Assembly: GCA_963818475.1 (NCBI GenBank)
Contig: CAWFSF010000006.1
Location: 384,001 to 448,000, forward strand
DNA: 64,000 nt
From: Nitrospirota bacterium
Lineage (GTDB): Bacteria > Nitrospirota > UBA9217
Reading direction: 5' to 3'
Notes under the pieces: generated by a model
The model's database searches: none
Told to the model about the DNA's origin: nothing
The model's input: the letters and a program-made list of their open reading frames with translations, nothing else
Position numbers and translations under genes: made by a program
In this document: positions 30,086-40,652 of the stretch, one piece after another
How the letters are laid out: each line of letters starts with the position of its first letter
Position numbering within the stretch: the stretch's first letter is position 1

Positions 30086-33000
30086 ATGAAGAAATCGAAT
30101 TACACACTGATCTCACTCGTACTACTGGTAGGAATGTACTGTGCTGCAAGCGTGTCATACGCGCTCGATGCGCCGCATAACCCCGCTAACACCGCGGTCC
30201 CAGTCGTCTGCAATAAGTGCCACTACCCCGCGGGTCAGGTGCCGGGCTGGGTGACGAGAACTCCTCCGGTAGGCAGCACGTACCTGAACGAGCTCTGCAT
30301 AGTTTGTCATTCTTCAAATAGCGGCTTCGTCGCGAACGCGAAGTCTGAGGACGTCCTCACCCATTCAAGCTATGTGACCCTTCCCACGAATACTAACATC
30401 CCCGTCTATCTCATGGAATGCCGCAACTGCCATAACCCGCATACGCAGGACCAGATGAGGGCAAATCCCTCCCTGGGTGATATTGAGTCAGGTGTTACGT
30501 CCGCCGTATTTGCTTCCTCGCTGACAGACAGCACTAAAAACTGGGTGGTAAACCGGTTTAAGGATGCATTGCTGCTGCCGAATGGGGCTTACGTGTCGAA
30601 TGCATATGTGATCACGGGTAATACCGCGACTACGCTTAACGTCATCGGCCCCATGAACATAAAGTCTCCCTATGCAGGCGCAGGTACAACCTATAAGATC
30701 AAATATGGCAAACTGGTGAAGACGTCTGTCAAATTACCGGCCGGCGGCACAATGCCCGTCACATTCGTGTCCAATACCGGGGCCAATTCCTTTGTAAACA
30801 CGCCGACCGTGAATGGGGTATGTCAGGTATGCCACACCCTTACCAAGGGCTTCAAAAGAGACGGATCCATGAGTTGGTCAGGTCATGCCGGTCAACCAGG
30901 CGCTAATTGCACCGAGTCCTGCCATCTGCACAAGAACGGGTTCAAAGGCCTTCTTGGCCTGGGCGCTGGTTGCAACGCCTGCCACGGCGCTCCGCCAACA
31001 GACTCAACGCTAATCACTGTTGATAAAAATCAGGTGGGCGTCACCTCACAGTCTAACGGCGCCGGCGCTCACGCGATACACACGGCACTTGACCCTGTCA
31101 ACACCTGCGTAAACTGTCATCTCGGCGGCATGGCTCCGCTGCTTGGAGCGACTGAGGCTGGCAACAAAATAACCATGGGCTTTTCCTTGGCGACCGTTAC
31201 TATCCCTGGCACCTATGATGGTGAATCCGGACGGACCACTTTTGATTATGAGCAAAAAGGAACGACTGTTGTTACCAGAAACAATAACTTTACCTGTACG
31301 AACCTGTATTGTCACAGCAATGTGCAGACGGGAACCGGCGGTACTGCCTCTGCTGCTACCTCAACGCCGAGCTGGTACAATACAGCAAGCGGCCAGTGCG
31401 GCACCTGCCACTTGGGAGATGGCGTACAGGGCAACGCGAGCCTGATCAGTACGGGAAGCCATACCAAGCATGTGACCCTGGCAACCTATAACTTTTCCTG
31501 CGGCCAGTGCCATAATAACGCCGGCACCGGGAACGCGAACCACGTTGACAATAATATTCAAGTATCGCTCCTTGGCACCGGCGCTTACAGTCAGGTGCCC
31601 AATACCCCGAAAAACGGCTACGGCAACTGCTCGACGAGCTATTGCCACAGCACCGGCCAGTCTTCGACGGGCGGCTTACCGGCAACCTACGTCACGGCCA
31701 CCTGGGGCACCACGCTGGGCTGCAACGGCTGCCATGTGAACATGAACTCCAGCCCCGTTGCTCCGGGCAGCCACATCAGCCATGTCCAGTCCGCGCCCAA
31801 CTACGCGTGTTCGGTCTGTCACAATGGTTATACTGCGTCTGCGGTCAATCCTTCTACCCACGTAAAAAATGGTTCCATCGATGTCGCGATTACCGGCTAT
31901 GGCGCTGGCGCGTATTACACAGGCGGCACGACCAGCGGCAATCACGCCAGCGGCGGAGGATACGGCACCTGTAACGCATCGATGTGCCACGGCAGCAAGT
32001 CTCCTGCGTGGGGCGCCGGCTATAAAAATTATGATAATTGCACGGTCTGCCACGGCGTTCCGACGACCGGCAACGACGGATCGGTAATTTCGGTCAACCC
32101 TGAAAAAACAGCGCCCGGCGGAACGGGTACGGACACCAACGGCGACACGGCGTCAACAGACCCCCAGGTCGGCATGCACCAGGCCCATCTTACGGCGGCC
32201 AGAAATTACAGCGATCCCATTGCCTGCGGCGAGTGTCATACCGTGCCAACGCCTGCAACGCTTACCACCCATATTAATGACCTGCTTCCCGCCGAAGTGC
32301 CGCTGGCAGGAGGGCTCACGACCACAAATCCCCGCTCACTACCGCAAACGCCGGCGTATTCCGGAGGGCAATGCAACAATACCTATTGCCACGACTACAA
32401 CAGGTTCAAAAACGGTTTTCCTGATGACGCAACCCCTCCGTTTGCAACAAACGCGCCGATATGGAACACGACGCTTCTGAACGGAACGAGCGCCGACTGC
32501 CAGCAGTGCCATGGATATCCTCCGGGGGGCAGTCACCCGCAGCCCGCTACCGATTGCGCCGGTTGCCATCCTGATGTGGCTCCCAATAATATATCCTTCT
32601 CGATCGTTTACCAGCATATAAACGGGTCAATTGAGGGCGGCGGATGCAACGGCTGTCACGGCCAGTCCAATTCGACCGGCGCACCGTACACCTATAACGA
32701 TCGGGTAACCACTAATGGTGGGACGGGCCATATAACAGCTGGCGTTGTGGGAGCGCACCAGAAACACGTGGCAACGCTCTTGTACACAGACTGCAATCTC
32801 TGCCATGCGGGCAACACCATGCCGACCGTCGATAGCAAGATGACCATGAGCTTCAGCGGCATAGCGAGATTCGGCGGAGCTCCCGGCTTGTACATGGGCA
32901 AAACCTTAGCGGGCAGCCCGGCGTATGTCTATGACCCCGGCACGATCTCCACCGCCGGCCCTATGAGCTGTTCCAACATCTACTGCCACAGTGACGGCGG

Positions 33001-36000
33001 CAACTATGCGGGAACGAAAGTTTACAGCTCCGTAACCTGGACTGGCGCAGCTCTCACCTGCGATAAGTGCCATGGAAACGGTGCAGGCACGCTCGTGACC
33101 ACGAATGTCCACCCGAAACATGTCACGAGCTACTCCCTGGGCTGCCAGGAGTGCCATTACAACACGACGACGGACGGCGCCACGATCACGACCCCGGCAA
33201 ACCACGTCAATACCGTGAAAAACGTGGACTGGAAAGTTGGCGGACTTAATGCCGGCGGAAGCGCTTATGCGCGGCCGAACTGTTCCACCATATACTGCCA
33301 CAGCCAGGGTATCAGCACCACGGCTCCTTACGGAGGTGCGGCGAACACGACAGCGGCCTGGAATGGAACAGCGTTGACCTGCGAAGGCTGCCACAGCTAC
33401 GATGCAGCGGCAACGAACAAGATGGCCACGGGCAAGCACACCCAGCACATCAACCAGAGCGCCGTGCTCGGTACCAACTACGGCTGTCAGGAATGCCATA
33501 ACACCACCACGACGAACGGCACGACGATCACGACGATAGCTAACCATGTCAACGGGACGCGGAACGTTTCGATGGTCAGAGGCGGCACCTGGACGTCGCC
33601 GAACTGCACGGCCACCTATTGCCACAGCACGGGCCAGGCCACACCGACTTCGGTGAATCCCGGTACCTGGACTGCAGGCGCAGCGCTGACCTGCGATAGC
33701 TGCCACGGCACGGAAGGCGGAACGGCCTTTGGCGAGCCTGCTTATACCAACGGAGTTCAGCCGGCCGTGGCCGAGAACAATGACAACAGCCATGCCGCGC
33801 ACGTGACTGCGGCAGCGGACTGCGTGAATTGCCATACGGACACGGTAAGCGCGACCGGCACGGCGATCAAGGCCGCATCGATACTGCATACGAACCAGGC
33901 GCGGAACGTAAACTTCGCCGCATCCCTGGACACCAACGGCGGAACGAACTCGGACAACTACAATGCCGGTGCCAAGACCTGCTCGTCAATTGTCTGTCAT
34001 GGAGCAGGAACCCCGATGTGGGGCGGCGCGACCCTTGCCTGCGATCAGTGCCATCTGGCGAACAACACCCTGGCCGGCAAGCACGCCAGGCATTACGGCG
34101 TGGCAACAGTAGCCGTGACCGCGGACAAGACACCGTCAAACACCTCGTCCGCAACGGTCTATGAATACAGCTGCGGCGTCTGCCACAACGCGACGCCCCA
34201 TGCCACCGGCAACGCAAGTGCGAACCAGGCGGCCAATGTGGTGTTTGACTCAACCATAGCAGGAGGAGGCACCTATACCGCCGGCGGCGCTCTTGCGGGC
34301 ACTGATACGGGCGGCATGGAGTGGACGAACGGCACCTGCGGGACCACGTACTGCCACAGCCAGGGTGCAAGCACCACGTCTCCGTTCGGCGGAGCGCCGA
34401 ACAGCACGGCCACCTGGAATGGTGGGGCCATGAACTGCGAAAGCTGCCACAACTTCAATGCGGCGGCAACGAACAAGATGGCCACGGGCAAGCACACCGC
34501 GCATATCAACGACGGAACAATCATGCCGAATGTGGCCTGCAGCGCCTGCCACACGTCGACGACGAGCGACAGCACCACGATCACTACTGAATCGAACCAT
34601 GTGAACAAGCTGAGGGATGTAACCATAGCAGCCACCTACGACAGCGACGCGACGCCGGGGAACAACTGGGCGACCAGCACCTGCTCCAATGTCTACTGCC
34701 ACAGCACGGGCGAAGCAACGCCGACGTATAAGCCGGTTCTCTGGACGGCCACGATAACGAACTGCGAAGCCTGCCACAACTACGATGCGGCCGCAACGAA
34801 CAAGATGGCCACGGGCAAACACTCCCAGCACATCAACCAGAGCGCCGTGCTCGGTACCAACTACGGCTGCCAGGAATGCCATAACACCACCACGACGAAC
34901 GGCACGACGATCACGACCCCGGCAAGCCACGTTGATAAAGTACGTGACGTGTCCATGCTCAGGGGCGGCACCTGGACGTCGCCGAACTGCACGGCCACCT
35001 ATTGCCACAGCACGGGCCAGGCCACACCGACTTCGGTGAATCCCGGTACCTGGACTGCAGGCGCAGCGCTGACCTGCGATAGCTGCCACGGCACGGAAGG
35101 CGGAACGGCCTTTGGCGAGCCTGCTTATACCAACGGAGTTCAGCCGGCCGTGGCCGAGAACAATGACAACAGCCATGCCGCGCACGTGACTGCGGCAGCG
35201 GACTGCGTGAATTGCCATACGGACACGGTAAGCGCGACCGGCACGGCGATCAAGGCCGCATCGATACTGCATACGAACCAGGCGCGGAACGTAAACTTCG
35301 CCGCATCCCTGGACACCAACGGCGGAACGAACTCGGACAACTACAATGCCGGTGCCAAGACCTGCTCGTCAATTGTCTGTCATGGAGCAGGAACCCCGAT
35401 GTGGGGCGGCGCGACCCTTGCCTGCGATCAGTGCCATCTGGCGAACAACACCCTGGCCGGCAAGCACGCCAGGCATTACGGCGTGGCAACAGTAGCCGTG
35501 ACCGCGGACAAGACACCGTCAAACACCTCGTCCGCAACGGTCTATGAATACAGCTGCGGCGTCTGCCACAACGCGACGCCCCATGCCACCGGCAACGCAA
35601 GTGCGAACCAGGCGGCCAATGTGGTGTTTGACTCAACCATAGCAGGAGGAGGCACCTATACCGCCGGCGGCGCTCTTGCGGGCACTGATACGGGCGGCAT
35701 GGAGTGGACGAACGGCACCTGCGGGACCACGTACTGCCACAGCCAGGGTGCAAGCACCACGTCTCCGTTCGGCGGAGCGCCGAACAGCACGGCCACCTGG
35801 AACGGTGGGGCCATGAACTGCGAAAGCTGCCACAACTTCAATGCGGCGGCAACGAACAAGATGGCCACGGGCAAGCACACCCAGCACATCAACCAGAGCG
35901 CCGTACTCGGTACGAACTACGGCTGCCAGGAATGTCATAACACGACCACGACCGACGGCACGACTATCACGAATGAGGCAAATCACGTCAACAAGACGCG

Positions 36001-38422
36001 TGACGTATCAATGCTCAGGGGCGGCACCTGGACTTCGCCGAACTGCACGGCCACCTATTGCCACAGCACGGGCCAGGCCACACCGACCTCTGTGAACCCG
36101 GGCACCTGGACTGCCGGCGCGGCAATGACCTGCGACAGCTGCCACGGAACGGAAGGCGGAACGGCCTTTGGCGAGCCCGCGTACACCAACGGAGTTCAGC
36201 CGGCCGTGGCCGAGAACAATGACAACAGCCATGCCGCGCACGTGACCGCGGCAATAGATTGCGTGAACTGTCATACGGACACGGTAAGCGCGACCGGTAC
36301 GGCGATAAAGGCCGCATCGATACTGCATACGAACCAGGCGCGGAACGTAAACTTCGCCGCGACCTTGGACAATAACGGCGGCACAAACTCCGACAACTAC
36401 AATGCTGGTGCCAAGACCTGCTCGTCAATTGTCTGCCATGGAGCGGGAACACCCATGTGGGGAGGTGCCTCTCTCAAATGTTCGGATTGCCACAGCGGAG
36501 CGTCCGATGTGGTTGATTACACAAGCAATGGTACCATCGCAACGATCAACAACACGCAGTGGGGCTACTCCGGCCACGGCAAGCCATCGTCAACCTATGA
36601 TATAACGGGCAATACGGCGGCCAACTTCCCTGGCGCGGTCACCACGGGAGATCCTTGCCAGTATTGCCATGACAGCACTGTTGCGCACAATGACGCGAAC
36701 AACCCGCTCAGACTGCGGAACTTCGCCGACGGGACATACGGCAAAAACGGCGTGTGCATGAAGTGTCACGGAACGGGCCAGACGGGCGTGAACCCGGGCA
36801 CGGGCTACTCACTTAAGACCGCCACCAAGAAGGTCGACAAGTACCACTATGCCGCCAAACACGGCGGGAGCTACACAGGCGGTCAGTACTGCTGGGATTG
36901 CCACGACGGCCACGGCGATTCGACCACCACTGCCGGACCCATCGCCATGATCCAGTTGAACCCGGCCAGCGCGTCCAACAGCACGACGGCGATACCCACG
37001 ACCATCGTGTCGACAGCGGTCACGATGACCGGCCGTACTCTTCCATCGAACTACGGCAAGACCGTTACTCCCTTTAACGGCATATGCAACGTCTGCCATA
37101 CCGCGGGGGCGAACGGTCTCAGCAGCCATTACACGTCAACGACGTCGGACGGACACAACTCGACCACGCTCTGCACCGATTGCCATAAGCACAGTGTAAA
37201 TACGACCTATGAAAACAAGGCATGGGAAGGCGCGGGCGGCGATTGTCTCGGGTGCCACAACTCGGCGCAGAGCGATGGCGCCAACACGGACATCGACAAC
37301 AACGGCGTGCGGGTGGTGGCGTCGGAGTTCACCAAACAGTCGCACCATGTAACCGGCAAGACCTTGTCCAAATTCGACTGCGCGGTCTGCCACGGAGAGG
37401 GCGATTATCTGACCGGCAGCACCACGGCGCTGCATAAGAACGGCCAGATCGATCTGCGAAACGCGGACAACGCGAGCGCCTACTATACCTGGACCGGGTC
37501 CGAGCATACGAACATGGATAACTTCTGCATGAGTTGCCATGATGCGAACGGAGCTTCGGTAACCTATTCACGTGATCCGCTGGCGACAAGTCCGAGCAGG
37601 ACGAACCCTTTCGGTGACACGCGTCAGAACTCCTATGACCAGGTTGTGCGCACGGTCGTGGTCGACGTTTTCACGGCATTCAACCCCGGCACAGGCGGCT
37701 CGGGCACCGGCTACAACGGGAATTACTCGCAGCATGCGGTCCGCGGGGCCCGGTATTCCAATGATGCCGATGCCGGCAGCATGTATACGAACGGCCGGTT
37801 TGATGCCGCCTATACGCCGCTCGGTGGAAGTGTGTCCGTACGTGATTCCTCGACGCTCCACTGCGGCGATTGCCATACGAACGGCCAGTATAGTACGGCA
37901 ACCGCGCCGGTGATCGGCGCTCATGGATCGAACAACGAGTACCTGCTCAGGACAATCAACAGCAGTGACGCGGAGCATACCAAGACGACCTACGGCTGCT
38001 TCAAGTGCCACCTCCTGGCCAGATATAGCGCCACGCACTCTAATGGAAACGCATCTGACTTCGTCGATTCGTCTACGTTGACCGGCATTGCCGGCCGCGC
38101 CGCGAGCAACGCGAACATTACCGGCATTTCCTGCACGAACTGTCATAACTCCGGAGATGCGAAGTTTGGCGGGGTGCACGGTGGCAACGCCACGTACACG
38201 GACAATCAAGGCTATACGGCGAAGACCTACCGGTTCATGCCGGGTTTGGGCAACAACAAGTACTCACCGACGCAGAGCGGGTCAAGCGCGGAAGCAGACT
38301 GGGAACAGCCCACTGCTTACGGATGCTACACTACGCCGACCGCAAATTGGGGAAGCTGCACCAAGCATAGCGGCGGAGCCAAGACGGTGACAAGAGGCCA
38401 ATCACGGAAACTCAGGTACTAA
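30086..38422 (+). CDS. Giant multiheme c-type cytochrome, Geobacter CxxxxCH/CxxCH repeat type (about 64 heme motifs)
   Basis: Signal peptide. Manual count gives 48 CXXCH, 15 CX4CH and 1 CX3CH. An alternative start at 30053 overlaps the upstream stop. Confidence 0.92.
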   Translation: MKKSNYTLISLVLLVGMYCAASVSYALDAPHNPANTAVPVVCNKCHYPAGQVPGWVTRTPPVGSTYLNELCIVCHSSNSGFVANAKSEDVLTHSSYVTLPTNTNIPVYLMECRNCHNPHTQDQMRANPSLGDIESGVTSAVFASSLTDSTKNWVVNRFKDALLLPNGAYVSNAYVITGNTATTLNVIGPMNIKSPYAGAGTTYKIKYGKLVKTSVKLPAGGTMPVTFVSNTGANSFVNTPTVNGVCQVCHTLTKGFKRDGSMSWSGHAGQPGANCTESCHLHKNGFKGLLGLGAGCNACHGAPPTDSTLITVDKNQVGVTSQSNGAGAHAIHTALDPVNTCVNCHLGGMAPLLGATEAGNKITMGFSLATVTIPGTYDGESGRTTFDYEQKGTTVVTRNNNFTCTNLYCHSNVQTGTGGTASAATSTPSWYNTASGQCGTCHLGDGVQGNASLISTGSHTKHVTLATYNFSCGQCHNNAGTGNANHVDNNIQVSLLGTGAYSQVPNTPKNGYGNCSTSYCHSTGQSSTGGLPATYVTATWGTTLGCNGCHVNMNSSPVAPGSHISHVQSAPNYACSVCHNGYTASAVNPSTHVKNGSIDVAITGYGAGAYYTGGTTSGNHASGGGYGTCNASMCHGSKSPAWGAGYKNYDNCTVCHGVPTTGNDGSVISVNPEKTAPGGTGTDTNGDTASTDPQVGMHQAHLTAARNYSDPIACGECHTVPTPATLTTHINDLLPAEVPLAGGLTTTNPRSLPQTPAYSGGQCNNTYCHDYNRFKNGFPDDATPPFATNAPIWNTTLLNGTSADCQQCHGYPPGGSHPQPATDCAGCHPDVAPNNISFSIVYQHINGSIEGGGCNGCHGQSNSTGAPYTYNDRVTTNGGTGHITAGVVGAHQKHVATLLYTDCNLCHAGNTMPTVDSKMTMSFSGIARFGGAPGLYMGKTLAGSPAYVYDPGTISTAGPMSCSNIYCHSDGGNYAGTKVYSSVTWTGAALTCDKCHGNGAGTLVTTNVHPKHVTSYSLGCQECHYNTTTDGATITTPANHVNTVKNVDWKVGGLNAGGSAYARPNCSTIYCHSQGISTTAPYGGAANTTAAWNGTALTCEGCHSYDAAATNKMATGKHTQHINQSAVLGTNYGCQECHNTTTTNGTTITTIANHVNGTRNVSMVRGGTWTSPNCTATYCHSTGQATPTSVNPGTWTAGAALTCDSCHGTEGGTAFGEPAYTNGVQPAVAENNDNSHAAHVTAAADCVNCHTDTVSATGTAIKAASILHTNQARNVNFAASLDTNGGTNSDNYNAGAKTCSSIVCHGAGTPMWGGATLACDQCHLANNTLAGKHARHYGVATVAVTADKTPSNTSSATVYEYSCGVCHNATPHATGNASANQAANVVFDSTIAGGGTYTAGGALAGTDTGGMEWTNGTCGTTYCHSQGASTTSPFGGAPNSTATWNGGAMNCESCHNFNAAATNKMATGKHTAHINDGTIMPNVACSACHTSTTSDSTTITTESNHVNKLRDVTIAATYDSDATPGNNWATSTCSNVYCHSTGEATPTYKPVLWTATITNCEACHNYDAAATNKMATGKHSQHINQSAVLGTNYGCQECHNTTTTNGTTITTPASHVDKVRDVSMLRGGTWTSPNCTATYCHSTGQATPTSVNPGTWTAGAALTCDSCHGTEGGTAFGEPAYTNGVQPAVAENNDNSHAAHVTAAADCVNCHTDTVSATGTAIKAASILHTNQARNVNFAASLDTNGGTNSDNYNAGAKTCSSIVCHGAGTPMWGGATLACDQCHLANNTLAGKHARHYGVATVAVTADKTPSNTSSATVYEYSCGVCHNATPHATGNASANQAANVVFDSTIAGGGTYTAGGALAGTDTGGMEWTNGTCGTTYCHSQGASTTSPFGGAPNSTATWNGGAMNCESCHNFNAAATNKMATGKHTQHINQSAVLGTNYGCQECHNTTTTDGTTITNEANHVNKTRDVSMLRGGTWTSPNCTATYCHSTGQATPTSVNPGTWTAGAAMTCDSCHGTEGGTAFGEPAYTNGVQPAVAENNDNSHAAHVTAAIDCVNCHTDTVSATGTAIKAASILHTNQARNVNFAATLDNNGGTNSDNYNAGAKTCSSIVCHGAGTPMWGGASLKCSDCHSGASDVVDYTSNGTIATINNTQWGYSGHGKPSSTYDITGNTAANFPGAVTTGDPCQYCHDSTVAHNDANNPLRLRNFADGTYGKNGVCMKCHGTGQTGVNPGTGYSLKTATKKVDKYHYAAKHGGSYTGGQYCWDCHDGHGDSTTTAGPIAMIQLNPASASNSTTAIPTTIVSTAVTMTGRTLPSNYGKTVTPFNGICNVCHTAGANGLSSHYTSTTSDGHNSTTLCTDCHKHSVNTTYENKAWEGAGGDCLGCHNSAQSDGANTDIDNNGVRVVASEFTKQSHHVTGKTLSKFDCAVCHGEGDYLTGSTTALHKNGQIDLRNADNASAYYTWTGSEHTNMDNFCMSCHDANGASVTYSRDPLATSPSRTNPFGDTRQNSYDQVVRTVVVDVFTAFNPGTGGSGTGYNGNYSQHAVRGARYSNDADAGSMYTNGRFDAAYTPLGGSVSVRDSSTLHCGDCHTNGQYSTATAPVIGAHGSNNEYLLRTINSSDAEHTKTTYGCFKCHLLARYSATHSNGNASDFVDSSTLTGIAGRAASNANITGISCTNCHNSGDAKFGGVHGGNATYTDNQGYTAKTYRFMPGLGNNKYSPTQSGSSAEADWEQPTAYGCYTTPTANWGSCTKHSGGAKTVTRGQSRKLRY
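33581..36465 (+). repeat. Intragenic duplication: about 0.9-kb near-identical block at 1383-bp offset plus a third partial copy
   Basis: ggcggcacctggac..cgccgaactgc starts at 33581, 34964 and 36020. Identical shadow ORFs at 33829 and 35212 confirm the offset. Confidence 0.92.
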
Positions 38423-38439
38423 CGAAGAGCTGCATTCAC

Positions 38440-38474
38440 GGCGGGAAGTTCGAAAGAACTTCCCGCCTTTTTTA
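38440..38474 (+). terminator. Rho-independent terminator
   Basis: ggcgggaagttc-GAAA-gaacttcccgcc followed by a T tract. Confidence 0.88.
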
Positions 38475-38851
38475 TTGTCAGCGGGACGTTCTATTCAGGA
38501 GGGGTGTATCATGGTTTCGGCACTAACGCGCCTCATCCCGATAACGATTGTTGACAGGAATATCCGCAGAGAAGGGATGGGGGCTTCACCTTATCCGACA
38601 TGGGTTTAACTGAAAAGTTTTAAAGATGAAGACCATCAAAGGGTGCGGAAGAAGCCGGTTCCGCGATCAATGCCAGATTCAGGAAAAAGAATTATGCGCA
38701 TCAATAGGGATAGAGGTCTGGCAGGCGGCGTTCGGACTGGCGGGGAAAGGTAGAGACAGCATGTCGCTGGTTTCATCGCTCTTTCAGCGCCGCTGTTGTG
38801 TGTGAGATCTATCTTGTGGTTCTTTTACCAGGTACTCTGCTTTGTGCCGGG

Positions 38852-40441
38852 TTAGTCGTTGATTCCCCTGATGATATTATTGACGGTATTGAACTCCAGG
38901 AGGGGCAGATCATCGGTATTTATCGCGACATCGGACCTCTCCACGATTTCCCGCACCTGCTGGGGATCTCTTGAAAGGCTGATTTCGAGGGGGATCCCCG
39001 ACTTATTGAGCGCCGCCACCCGTTTTATGGTTTCATCCCGGGTGAACGGGAACGGCTCTACCGATGCGACCGCGATAAGGTCAAAGCTGTCCCCGACCTT
39101 CCAAAGGTATACATTCTTAAAAACCGAGCCGATCGTTTTGAGCATCATTGTAACGTCGTCGTTGGTGAGCGTGTAATAGGGAAGCCACTGGCAGTATATC
39201 CCTCCCGGCAGGAGCCTGTTTTTGGCCAATTCGTAGTACTCCCGGGTGAACAGATTTGCGACGGCGGACTCCGCAGGATAGGACGGTTCGGAGGAGATGA
39301 TGTCGTACCGTTTTTCCTCGTGGATAAAATGCCGCCTCGCGTCGTCGATATGGACATCTACCCCTTCGAAGATGCCTGGAGGGCCGTACCTGCCAATAGC
39401 CTCCGCCACGCCGGGGTTTATCTCAATGACACCGGTGTCTTTTATGTGCTCTTTCGCCGCCATGAGCGTTACGCCCGCTCCGAGCCCGATCGTCAGAAAA
39501 CTGCCGGGATTCCGGTGAGAGGCTATGGGCAGGTAGGCAAGGAGGAGCGTGTTGGGCATGTCTTCTTTCGTGGTCCCTTCCATTTTCCCGCCGGTCTGGA
39601 GGACAAGATAGCCGTCCCGTTCTCGATAGAGCCTGACGGCGCCCTCGGGAAACTCCTTGTAGTAGAGCAGCTCGTGGCCCATTTTGTTTTTCTGAAGCAG
39701 ATAGCGAGGGGGTATGTTCTGGAACCGACTGAGAGTATAAAAGGTTACGAAGGTTGTTTTTTCCTCTGACCAGGCTGATACGCTTCCCGCCATTAGAACG
39801 AACATCCCAAGTCCTGCGATGACTCTCCGGCTGCCGCCGAGGAGAAGCAGGACCAGCAGCGCAATGGCTAGGTTCATTCCGGCCGCAAAGAAGGTCGTTA
39901 TCTTCAGTCCGAGATGGGGGATGAGAATGAAACCGCCGGAGAGCGCCCCGGCTATGGCCCCCAGGGTATTTACAGCGTAGGCGTTCCCTACCGTTCTCCC
40001 TATTTCCCCCATTTCACCGGCTATCGCCCTCGATACGAGGGGGAATGACATTCCCATGAGGGTCGTGGGAACGATCATGACAGCGGCGGCGAGGAACAAT
40101 TGAACTTCCAGAAAAAGGGCGAGGTCCATATGAAAGAGCCGGTGAAGATGCAGGTAGGCGGTGGGGATAGCGTATATCATCGGAATGGTAAGGAGACCGA
40201 AGATGCCTATACCGGCTTCACAGAAAGCGAACAGCCTGACGGGATCCCTGTCCGTGTCCGCCAGCTTGCCTCCTATGTATCCCCCGAGGGCAAGCCCTGC
40301 CATAAATGTGGAAAGCATTGAAGAAAGGGCATAGGTGGTGGATCCGAAAACGAGTGACAGCGCACGTGTCCACGTAACTTCATAAATAAGCGCGGCGGTT
40401 CCCGATAACCCGAATGCAGCCAGTATCCATTTTTTTTTCAT
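38852..40441 (-). CDS. Fused membrane domain/spermidine synthase-like SAM-dependent transferase
   Basis: SG.AALIYEV.W.R...FGST membrane domain; IGLGAGVT, IEINP, DDAR, YDIISSEP and NTDD.P.LEF motifs. The start could be 40450. Confidence 0.85.
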   Translation of the reverse strand: MKKKWILAAFGLSGTAALIYEVTWTRALSLVFGSTTYALSSMLSTFMAGLALGGYIGGKLADTDRDPVRLFAFCEAGIGIFGLLTIPMIYAIPTAYLHLHRLFHMDLALFLEVQLFLAAAVMIVPTTLMGMSFPLVSRAIAGEMGEIGRTVGNAYAVNTLGAIAGALSGGFILIPHLGLKITTFFAAGMNLAIALLVLLLLGGSRRVIAGLGMFVLMAGSVSAWSEEKTTFVTFYTLSRFQNIPPRYLLQKNKMGHELLYYKEFPEGAVRLYRERDGYLVLQTGGKMEGTTKEDMPNTLLLAYLPIASHRNPGSFLTIGLGAGVTLMAAKEHIKDTGVIEINPGVAEAIGRYGPPGIFEGVDVHIDDARRHFIHEEKRYDIISSEPSYPAESAVANLFTREYYELAKNRLLPGGIYCQWLPYYTLTNDDVTMMLKTIGSVFKNVYLWKVGDSFDLIAVASVEPFPFTRDETIKRVAALNKSGIPLEISLSRDPQQVREIVERSDVAINTDDLPLLEFNTVNNIIRGIND

Positions 40442-40652
40442 GGGATGCATTGTACCGGATAGGTGTTTGAATTTCAATTAAAATTGCGACATGAAGGTCC
40501 GAATTCAGAATGACAGGAGCGCATCGGATGGAGACGAACTCCGCCTGTGAGGAGACTTTGCAGGCGGACTGCAACATGCAGCATGGAACTTGCTGTTTTT
40601 CATGACTTGTTTTTAATAGACTTGAACTATTGATTCTGTTATTATAAATTTA

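Noticed and set aside
38497-38720. Short ORF with a good RBS (MVSALTRLIP..., 32 aa) after the giant cytochrome terminator
   Set aside because: It is too short and has no recognisable motif. It may be a gene relic, but I cannot support that.
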